Positions 23,568 through 34,100 of a DNA stretch of 64,000 bases are shown here, piece by piece. Location of the stretch: assembly GCF_000143415.4 (NCBI RefSeq), contig NW_003314275.1:1903419-1967418 (forward strand), in the 5' to 3' direction. Every line of letters begins with the position of its first letter. Position 1 is the stretch's first letter. The DNA is from Selaginella moellendorffii. Taxonomy: Eukaryota; Plantae; Lycopodiophyta. The translations under genes were made by a program, and so were the position numbers. The notes under the pieces were generated by a model. The model searched no databases. It saw only the letters and a program-made list of their open reading frames with translations, and was not told where the DNA came from.

Positions 23568-24428
23568 GATGGCATGTATTTATTTAAAAATGTAACTTAT
23601 TATGGCATGGGGTTCCATGCCATTGTATTAATATTAAAAGACAATTCTTTGAGAGGATTTGCATTATACTAGAAGTGTTACAGCATGTTATTGGAAGTCT
23701 ACGAAGTTGTTTTATTAATAAGGGGAAAGTAAAGATTGAATGGGGACTTGGGCTCCACCTAGACTCGGAGCAACTGAGCCAATATTAAAAGGATGGAAAG
23801 AAATTGGACGACGATGACAAGGAGAAGAGAGAGGTGAAGCAGTGGCAGGGGGAAGAGAAGTGATTGAGTAGACATTTCCTTGTTTAAAATAAAATGGCAT
23901 ATGCCTCAATGCAGTTGAATTTTGTTATATTTATATACTATATAAAGGTTTGGAAACCTTATTTTACAAGTGGGATAATGACAATTCCCACTTTAACGAA
24001 ATAGAGCTTCTACGTAGATAAGTACCTAGACGTCAAAGTGTAAATGGTTTATAGAGCGCGCGAAATCAAAGTGGCGCAGCAGAAGCATGGTCTTGGAGCT
24101 TGTCGAGAGGCGAGGCTATCAAGGTTAGGGAAGTAGTTCCCGAGTGTTCAAAGAGAGGGCTTTGAACAAAAGTTGATGGTTAAGGACTTTCACGCTTATG
24201 CATGAACCATGTTACAATGGCCAGATAACTTGCTAAGTGAGATTGGCAAGTTGGCGGAACGAATACCCTAGTTGAAGGAGCCAACTTCAAAGGGGTGGCC
24301 CATGGAGCCAAGCATGGAAGAGTCCATGCATGATCACAAACTTGTCAAGTGAGAGGACTTGGCAGTGCGGAGGAACTAGGTTCCTAAGTTGTGATCTGTA
24401 ACGCGCTTTAAATATAAATTGGTGCACC

Positions 24429-24543
24429 GGCGTGAGGAGTCACGCCAGGCATCCAGTGTGATGCCATCCGTAGATGCATATACGGAGGTTGGGTTCGAGT
24501 CCCGACCCTCTAGTGCTTGGGTTCAAGTCCCAAATCACTAGGG
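24429..24543 (+). other. Putative structured cis-acting RNA module shared by LTR families A and C
   Basis: GGCGTGA-GGAG-TCACGCC hairpin, two further hairpins and two GGGTTC(G/A)AGTCCC T-loop-like hairpins. Homologues at 5989-6102 (minus), 36061-36189 (minus) and 61790-61918 (plus) show compensatory changes. Confidence 0.65.
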
Positions 24544-27500
24544 CTTGGTGATGGTTTGGAATATGAGGACACTCATATTTCGGTGGTCATGGACTCTCAG
24601 TGGGGAGACTGGTTTGGGCACACCGCCAAGCGAGGGATGCCTCGGAGTCGTGATGCACGGTTAGATTGCTTAGTGTGAAAGCTCGGCATATCTAACTTGA
24701 ACGCTTTGGTGCAAGTGGCACCAAGGACGTGGTGAGTGAGATGGGGACACCTAATCTCAGTTGCTATGAACCCTTGGCCGTAAGGGCTGGCTTGGGTGCA
24801 CCGCCAAGTGTGGGGGATGCCCCCGGGGTTATAGTCAACAACTTGAAGGTCTAGAAGACCAAGTACCTCTTAGCAACTCTATTAAGGTGCCAAGGTGAGA
24901 TCACTAGGTGATCTTATGGCCAAATAAGGACAAGGTCCTTGGTTGGCTAAGGAATGAAGTTCCTGGTTCAAAATGTTGAAATTGAACTCTTTAAGGTGGT
25001 GTGGCTTGGTCATGATGACCAAATGGGAAGAGCACCTAAGGGAAATAAACTATGTCCGTGCGAGGGCATAGTGAGTCTGAGGAAAGTAGTCTCTATAAAA
25101 GACCCATGGGAGGGTCACGAAGTTGGGCCGTGGATAGAGCCCATAACAGAAGATGCTAAAGAGACGTACTAGGGGTGAACATCCTCCGGACTTGGCAAAG
25201 AAGAGTCTTTGCTATGGAACCGAAAGGATATCTCAAAAATGGAGGTAGCGATCCTATGTTGCTGGATGCAACAATCAAGGATAGGAGCAAAGGACTAGTG
25301 GCCAAGTTTGGGCCATAGAATTTAATGGAAGGGATCCAAATGGCAAAGTTAGCCAAAGAACACTAATGTGTTTGGTGCTAACGGCTTATGGGAAAGGAAG
25401 TGGACTTCCAAGGATGGATTCCTAAGTGCTCTAATTTGGCAAAGTAAAAGCTCCAAGTGAGGGAGTGGCAAAGTAGCCAAAAGATAGGGCCGTGGACAGC
25501 CCTAGCACAAAATATGATAACTGGAACTCAGTGCCCAAAGGTGGCATGAAATCGAACAGAGGATGATGGTGCCCTCAAGTGGAGAGCTTCCTAGGATGAG
25601 GAAGTGGAGTTACACAATATGTGCAATGCAAGGTGTTGGAGACACCTAGGAAATTGACTTCGAGAAGTCAGAATTAAAAGTTCCAAAGTGCAAGGGTTAT
25701 AGCGCTGGAAAGTAAGACCACTCGAGAATGAGTAGTAGGATTGAGTTAGAGAAGGTGTCTCTAACAAGTTTAGTGAGAACTAAACACATAAAAGAAGAAA
25801 ACCACCACAAGTGGTCGAATGAGCCTCTAAGTTAGAGGGGCTATGCTCCTTAGAAGATGGACAAGGCATGGTGAGCCTTTGGTGTCAAACCATAGACAAA
25901 TATTGGCTAGGTGCCAAGGATGGAAATGGTAACACGTGCGGGTGTTACTTTATGAAAGGGTTTACCGTTCGATGAGGACATCGAACTTCATCTATGAGTG
26001 GTGGAGTTGTGAGACACAAAATCCCTAGGCCCCAAAGTGGAGCTGGAGGGGCACCACATGGAAGTGGCCGAAGCGAAAGCCAAACAAGCGTAACACATTT
26101 GGACTAAAAGCTCCACCTTGAAAGGTCGAGAGCGGGAGTGGAACTCCCAACGAAGTGCTCAAGGAACAAGCATAAAGAGAGCAATAAGCGAGGCTCCAAA
26201 AAGGGACCCAAAAGGACCAACACATGACACGTGAAAGTGTCCGAGATGGACCCGAGTTGGAGTCCGAAGTGGAGTCCGAGGTGGAGTCCGAGATGGACCC
26301 GAGATGGAATCCGAGATGGAGTCCAAAATGGACCCGAGATGGAGTCCGAGATGGACCCGAGATGGAGTCCGAGATGGAGTCCGAAATGGACCCGAGATGG
26401 AGTCCGAAATGGACCCGAGATGGAGTCCGAGATGGACTCAAGATGGAGTCCGAGATGGAGTCCAAAATGGACCCGAGATGGAGTCCGAGATGGACCCGAG
26501 GTGGAGTCTGAGATGGACCCGAGGTGGAGTCCGAGATGGACCTGAGGTGGAGTCCAAGATGGACCTGAGATGGAGTCCGAGATGGACCTGAGGTGGAGTC
26601 CAAGATGGACCTGAGATGGAGTCCAAAGTCGAGACCGAGACCGGGACTGAGACCGGGACCCAGACCGAGACTGAGATCGAAGCCGAGTCCGAGTCCGAGT
26701 CCGAGTCCGAGACCGAGTCCGAGTCCGAGTCCGAGTCCGAGTCTGAGTCCGAGTCCGAGTCCGAGTCTGAGTTTGAGTCTGAGAGGGTGAAAGCCCAAAG
26801 CGTTCGTCTCTCAAACCCTGGGGTGTTTGGTGAGCTTCAAAAGTATAGTGAGGGGGAGGACTGCAATGGAGCCAGTTTGGAGTCCGAGATGGAGTCCGAG
26901 ATGGACCCGAGATGGAGTCCAAGATGGACCCGAGATGGAGTCCGAGATGGACCCGAGATGGAGTCCGAGATGGAACCGAGACCAAGACCGAGACTGAGAC
27001 CGAGACCGAGTCCGAGTCCGAATCCGGGACCGAGACCGAGTCCGAGTCCGAGACCGAGTCCGAGTCCGAGTCCGAGTCCGAGTCCGAGTCCGAATACTAA
27101 TACAGGCAGTTGGGTGAAAGCCCAAAGCAATCGTCCCCCAGGGGGGGGGGGGGGGGCTGCGGGGGGTTCCAAAAGTATAGTAGGGAGAGTGTGGGGGTTG
27201 GAGCCCAGTGGAGCCAGCTTGGCCAGGAAAGGCCAATTTGGCCCAAGAAGGCCAGACCTAGTGTTGGGTGATGAGTTGACCACTGGGAAGTCCAAGACTA
27301 GAGTGAACACGGACTGACAAGCAGGGTAGCTTGGTGAAGTGTTCAAGAGCCGGCTCTAGTTCCCCCTGGAGATCGACTGGCCGATGCTCCCAGTCCAAGT
27401 GTGGGTGGCACTACCTACTTGGATACCAAGCGTGGCTCAACGGAACCTCGCTCTAAGCCCATGGCTAGAGCACCCAAGGGCGGAAGGCGGGGAGAGTACC

Positions 27501-28120
27501 CAGGTGGCTCGCGTAAGGCCACGGTGTTCCGAAATGTTGTCCCAAAGGCCCAAACTGTGGAAAGGAAGAGGAGCAGTCCTTTGGGGTAGTGACCAAGGAC
27601 ACAGTCGTGTGGTGAGGAAGTCCCAGAGGACCGTGGGACTTAGTGGTCGGGCCTGTGGGCCTCGATCCAGCGGCAGTGTTGGCAAACACGGCCAAGGGCA
27701 GAAAGGGACTTAGTGGGGACTAACAGAGGGATATTGGGGAAGGCTATTCCCCTTGTCGGTGGGCATCCTAAGGATGCTAAGGAGTGGATCTGAGATGACC
27801 ACTCACGGATGGTTTGCCTAGTCTTGGAGAGCCAAGTCTGTGATGCAAGTGGTATTGGACCACCAATGTGACCAAGGTGAATGGGCATGGCCTAGCGTAA
27901 TGGGCTAGTATGTCGGTGGTACCTTGGGGTGTCGGTCATGGGATCGGACACGTGGAGCACTTGGACTAAGTGCAAAGGTTGAGTGGCATGGATGCCAATC
28001 TCGGGGCTAGCATGCCCCAAGTCCTAACTGGGACATATGGAGGTTGTGAATGAGACTCCTCCAAGTGGTCGAAGGTGCGGTTAAGTGACTAAAGTAAAAT
28101 GGAAAAATTTGTCGCTTACA

Positions 28121-31100
28121 TTATCCCTCATAAGGGTATATCTAACTTCTTTATCCCAATAAAAAGTCTTAGGTAGTTACGTTCTACCAGTTTAACCAAT
28201 TATTTTGCACCTTTTGCTTAGTTGCCTCATAGTTGTCAAGTCCTCCAACTCATTGTTGGTGCTTCCACACTTCCATCATTATCTGGGTCACCACACTCTA
28301 ACCGCATGCCTTCCAGCTTAGGCTATGCTATTCCCATTTCCATTAGGATTCCTTTGGAAGGGGTTTTCATAAACCCACCAATTTGACCTCAAGGCAGCAC
28401 GCCTTGGCACATTCGGTGTCTCCACACCATTAGCTCCACGAGCTTACCTTTATGACACTTCTTACTTGTGTCTAGGTCTTTTTGCCAAAACCAATATGGT
28501 TGTCTCTTATGCCAATTATCCATTAGCACTGCACTATAAAGTTCATGCACAACTTTGCGTTAAAGTATTTTCTTCCAGGAAACTCCTTCCCACGACTTTA
28601 GCATGGCACCTTTTGCCATCAATGAAATACACACTATTCTCATGCTTGGATCTCAAGATCCTCCCCATCCTTCATGGGGCACCACACACTCAGTTCAAAT
28701 GCTTCCATCAATCCCTTAGGATTATTCCTTGACTCTATTAGAGTCATCAGACTTTTTAGACTTTGCTAATCCGATAACCCACGAGGTTCTACTTTTGAGG
28801 TGCCAGCTCACTGGAATACAACTCCTTGTATTCATGTCCTACTTACAAGGACCATCTTTGCAAGTGTTACTCCAACACTTGATTGTTCTCTAGGGGCAAC
28901 TTTTTGCCCCTTAAGACCATATGATGAGAATACCAACTCATCCTCTAAGTACACCCCCAACTCTTTGGATTGTTCTAGCATTTATTAGAGGTAGCCCTGG
29001 CTACCATTTCAAGGACTTGTGTTCTCTTCTGCATTTGACTTCCCACAGTTATCAATTCCGGTCTCAAATTTATGAGCACTAGCCTCAACTATATAAGTGT
29101 AGTCTTGTGACTCCTTTATTATTTTGGAGTCTACCTCTTTCCCATGATCCCAACTATAGTTGTTTACCACAACTACATTAGCCCATTTGCTGCGTCAAAT
29201 GCTCATCCGGATCACATCCTCAACTCTCTGAGAAAACCCCTATACAGTTCCCAAGATCCCAAAGTCGTTCCCTTATTGGCCTTTTTCCATCCACCACATT
29301 GCACACAAGTTCACGCATGAACTTGAGTGGGGAGCCATGTCCTCTCACCATGCTACTCCTCGAGGATAGGTCCATACCTAGGACCTTCTTATTCCAATAA
29401 AAGTGGTGATATACTTGGCCACCAATAAAAGTCAAACTAAGGAACAGCTCTGATACCAAGTTGTAAGCGACTAATTTTTCCATTCTACTTTAGTCACTTA
29501 ACCGCACCTCCAACCACTTGGAGGAGTCTCATTCACAACCTCCATAAGTCCCATTCAGAACTTGGGGCTTGCTAGCCCCGAGAATGGCATCCACGCCACT
29601 CAACCTTTGCACTTGGTCCAAGTGCTCCACGTGTCCGATCCCATGACCGACACCCCAAGGTACCACCGACATACCAGCCCATTACGCTAGGCCATGCCCA
29701 TTCACCTTGGTCACATTGGTGGTCCAACACCACCTGCATTACAATCCCGTCTCTCAAAGACTAGGCCATCCATCCATGAGTGGCTATCCCAGATCCACTC
29801 CATAGCATCCTCAAGATGCCTGCAGACATGGGGAATAACCTTCCCCAATGTCTCCTTTCCGGTCCCCACCAAGTCCCTTCCTGTTCATGGCCGTGTTCAC
29901 CAACACTGCCATTGGATCAAGGCCTATAGGCCTGACCACTAAGTCCAACTATCCTCTAGGACTTCTTCACTGTGTGATTGTGTCCTTTGTCACCACACCA
30001 GAGGGCTACTCCTCTTCCTTTCCACAGTCTGAGACTTTGGGGCAACATTTCGGAACACCATAGCCCTACGTAGGTACTCTCCTCACCTTCTGCCTTTGGG
30101 TGCTCTAGCCATGGGCTTAGAGCGAGGTTCCGTTGAACCACCCTAGGTATCCAAGTAGGTAGTGCCACCCATACTTGGACTGGGAGCATTAGCCAGTCGA
30201 TCACCCAGGGGAACTAGAGCCCGCTCTTGAACACTTCACCAAGCTACCCCACTTGTCGATCTGTGTTCACTCTAGTCTTGGACTTCTCAGTGGTTTTTCC
30301 ATGACCCAACACTTGGGAATAGCTTTCCTGGGCCAAACTAGCCTTTCCTAGCCAAACTGGCTTCATTGCAGTCCTCCCCCTCACTATACTTTTGGAGCTC
30401 ACCAAACACCCCAGGGTTTGAGAGATGAACGCTTTGGGCTTTCACCCTCTTAGACTCGGACTCGGACTTGGACTCGGACTCCGACTTGGACTCAGACTTG
30501 GGCTCGGTCTCAGCCTCGGCCTCGGTCTCAATCTTGGTCCCGATCTCAGTCTCGGTCCTGGTCTCAGTCTCGGTCTTGACCTTGGACTCCATCTCGGGTC
30601 CTTCTCAGACTCCATCTTGGACTCCACCTCGGGTCCATCTCGGACTCCATCTCGGTCCATCTCGGACTCCATCTCGGACTCCGTCTCGGGTCCATCTCAG
30701 AGTCCATCTCGGACTCCATCTCAGACTCCGTCTCGGGTCCATCTCGGACACCATCTCGGACTCCGTCTCGGGTCCATCTCGGACTCCATCTCAGACTCTA
30801 TCTTGGGTCCATCTCGGACTCCATCTCAGGTCCATCTCAGACTCTATCACGGGTCCATCTCGGATCCATCTCAGACTCCATCTCAGGTCCATCTCGGGTC
30901 CATCTTGGATCCATCTCGGGTCCATCTTGGATCCATCTCAGACACTTCCACGTGTCATGTGTCGGTCCTCTTGTATCCCTTTTCTAGATACTCACTTATC
31001 TTTCACTTCATGCTTGTTCCTCGAGCACTTCATTGAGAGTTCCACTCCCACTCTCGACCTTTTCAAGTCGGAGCTTTTAGTCCAAACGTGTTACGCTCGT

Positions 31101-31176
31101 TTGGCTTTCGCTTTGGCCACTACCACATGGCACCCTTCCGGCTCCACTTTGGGGCCTAGGGATTTTGTGTCTCACA
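28121..31176 (-). mobile_element. Family-C element C0, 5' portion (internal region 28121-29461, 5' LTR 29462-31176)
   Basis: Perfect tRNA-iMet PBS TGGTATCAGAGC on the minus strand at 29447-29458; LTR bounded by TGTGAG/CTTACA. Confidence 0.85.
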
Positions 31177-34100
31177 CATTTGACATAGTAAACTGGCTAA
31201 TATAGTTGTGGTAAACAACTATAGTTGGGATCACAGGAAAGATAAAAACTCCAAAATAATAAAGGAGTCACAAGATTATCCTTATATAGTTGAGGTTGGT
31301 GCTCATGATTTTGAAACCAGAATTAATGACCGTAGGAGGTCAAATATAAAGGAGGACATGAGTCCTTGAAATGGTAGCTGGGGCTACCTTTTTTAAATGC
31401 TGGAATAAACCCAAGGAGTTAGGGGTGTACTTAGAGGATGAGTCGGTATTTTTATCATATGAATGGATAGTCCAAAGAGGCAAAAAATAACCCACAGAGC
31501 ATACAAAATAATCAAGTCTTAAAGTAACACTTGCAAATATAGTCCTTGTAAGTAGGACATGAATACAAGAAGATGTATTCCAATGAACTAACACCTCAAA
31601 AAATAGCCAGGAGGGTAGGACATTATGAGTCGTCGAATTAGTAAAGTCCAAAAAGCTAGATGACTTGAGTGGAGTCAAGGAATGGTCCTAAAAAACTGGT
31701 GGAAGCATTTGGATTAAGGTGTGTTGTACCCTACAAAGGATAGAGAGGATTTTAAGATCCAAGTATGAGAATAGTGGGTATCTCATTAATGGTAGAATAT
31801 GCCATACTAAAGTTATGGGAAAGGTGTTCTTGGAAGAAAGCAACTTTAGCACAGAGTTGCATGTGAACACTATAGTGTAATGCTAACTGATAGTTGGCAT
31901 GAGAAACAATTACTTTAGTCTTGGCAAAGACCTAAACACAAGTGAAAAGTATCATAAAGGTAAGTTCATAAAGCCGATGGTGTGGAAATACCAAATGTGC
32001 TAAGGTGGGATGCCTTGAGATTAAATTAGTGGGTTCATGAAAATCCCTTCCTAAAGAAATCTCGATGGGAATAGGAATGGCATAGCTTAAGCTGAAAAGT
32101 ATGTGGTTAAAGTGTGGTGACCCAAATAATGATGAAGGTGTGGAAGCACTAGCAATGAGTTGTAAGATTTGACAACTATGAAGCAATTAAGCAAATGGTG
32201 CAATATAATTGATTGGTTTGGTAGAAGTTAACTACCCAAAATTTTTTATTGAGATAAAAAGGTTAGATATATCCCTTGAGGGGATAAATTGCTTATGTTG
32301 CAATATAGTAAATTAATGTTAAAAAGAGAAATGCTTATTGTTAAAGAAGGCCATCAATGGGACACCTAGACACTCTAAAACACTAAGAAGTGGTGTTTGG
32401 TATTATGAGGGCATTAGATAAGGGCGAAGGGATTAAATTTCTAACGAATAATGGATAAAAAGTGCTATCCAATGTCTAAGGTTGTGGTGACAAAAGAAGT
32501 CCATCTATCTGAATTGGACAAAGCTAAAAAGTGATTTTGGTATGGCTAGCAATGGGTATACAGTGGTCCATGTGTAATGAGGTTAATCTTGATGTTGAAA
32601 GTCACGTAATCGGTATGTGGAAGAATTAGCCGTTTCAAAGATCACGTTGTGTTTTATAGGATTGCTATTATCAATGTTTCGACATGGTTGGCAAGTAGCT
32701 CTCTACCAAACCTGTTAAGGTGCCAAGGTTAGATCACTATGTGATCTTATGGCTAAAACAAGGATAAAGTTCTTGTGAGATTAAGGGATAAAGTTCTAAG
32801 TTCAAAGTGTTGATTGGAACTATTGATGAGTGTGTGGCTTGGTCAAGGTGACCAAGTGGGAAGAACACCCAAGGGAAATGAGCTATGTCAATGCGATGGC
32901 ATGATAAGTTCGAGGAAAGTAGTCTATATAAAAGATTCATGGGAGGGTCTCAAAGTTGGGCCGTGATAGAGCCCATAGCAGAAAATTCTAAGGAAACGTA
33001 CTAGGGGTGAACACCCTCTGGACTTGGCAAATCAAAGTCTTTGCTATGGGATTGAAAAGATACCTCGAAAATAGAGGTGGCGATCCTGTGTTGTGTGATC
33101 CAACAATTAAGGATAGGAGCAAAAGACTAGTGGCTAAGAAAAGGGCCATGGGAATCATGGGATAGAAGCCAAATGGCAAAGTTAGTTCAAGAACACTAAT
33201 GTGTTGGATGCTAACGGATTATGGGAAGGCAATGTGTTTCCAAGGATAGGTTCCCAATTGCTCCAATTTGGCGAAGTTGGAAGCTCCAAAGGATGGAGTG
33301 GTAAAGTAGCCAAATGATAGGGCCATGGACACCCCTAGCACGAATTACAATAACTGGAACTTAATGCCAAGGGTGGCACGATATCGAAAAGAGGATGATG
33401 GTGCCCTCAAATAAAGAACTTCCTTGGAGTTGCACTATGTGCAACGTAAGGTGTCAGAGACACCTAGGAAATTGACTTTGAGAAGTCAGAATTAAAAGTT
33501 CTAAAGTGCAAAAGTTATGCCAATGGAATCTAAGACTACTCGAGAATGAGTAGTGGAATTGAGTTAGAGAAGGTGTCTCTGATGGGTTTAGCAGGAACTG
33601 AACCAATAAAAGGGAGCAAACCACCCCAGGTGGTCGAATGAGTTTCTATGTTGGAGAGACTATGCTCCTTAGAGGATGGACAAGGCATGGTGAGCCTTCG
33701 GTGTCAAACCATAGACAAATATTGGCTGGGTGCCAAGGATGTAAATCGTAATACATTCGAGTATTACTTTATAAAAGGGTTTACTGTTTGATAAGGACAT
33801 CGAACTTCATCTATGGGTGGTGGAGTTGTGAGAGGCAAAATCCCTAGGCCCCAAAGTGGAGTCGGAAGGGTGCCATGTGGTAGTGGCCGAAACCAAAACC
33901 AAATGAGCGTAACACGTTTGGACTAAAAGCTCCGACTTGAAAGGTCAAAAGCGGGAGTGGAACTCCCAGCAAAGTGCTCAAGAAACAAGTACGAAGTGAG
34001 AGATAAATGAGTCTCTAGAAAAGGGACACAAGAGGACCGACACATGACACGTGGAAGTGTCTGAGATGGAGTTCGAGATGGAGTCCGAGATGGAGTTCGA

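Larger units (their letters stand above)
10683..23623. repeat. About 25 dispersed copies of the 22-bp palindrome ATGGCRTGNGGCCNCAYGCCAT
   Basis: Copies start at about 10999, 11088, 11688, 11848, 11994, 13336, 13393, 15239, 15309, 15407, 16951, 17189, 18088, 18165, 18225, 19502, 20977, 21118, 22450, 22525 and 23602, plus variants. Mirrored in copy 2; not noticed outside the two transposon copies. Confidence 0.9.
10457..24009. mobile_element. 13.55-kb cut-and-paste DNA transposon (Sola-like DDD transposase), copy 1
   Basis: TIR A(T/A)GCTCTATTTCGTTAAAGTGGGA at 10457-10480 and 23986-24009. 4-bp TSD CTAG (10453-10456) / CTAC (24010-24013). The empty site ...CCCT-CTAG-GTAGATAAG is seen in the related C0 copy (reverse complement of about 6497-6520). 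Confidence 0.92.
6825..28120 (+). mobile_element. Family-C non-autonomous (LARD-like) LTR element C1: 5' LTR 6825-8426, internal region of about 4 kb interrupted by the DNA transposon, 3' LTR 26008-28120 (probably chimeric)
   Basis: TGTGAG...TTACA termini; degenerate iMet PBS TGGTATTGGAGT at 8430-8441; PPT ending at 26007; no recognisable gag/pol ORF; no TSD (CTTGG vs TTATC). Confidence 0.8.

Noticed and set aside
10683-23623. Palindromic repeats as a CRISPR-like array
   Set aside because: Spacing is irregular (tens of bp to over 1 kb), repeats are degenerate, there are no cas-like genes and the context is eukaryotic.
24485-24535. tRNA gene or tRNA-derived SINE suggested by GGTTCGAGTCCC
   Set aside because: No D-arm/A-box, anticodon arm or acceptor stem could be folded; treated as an RNA module instead.
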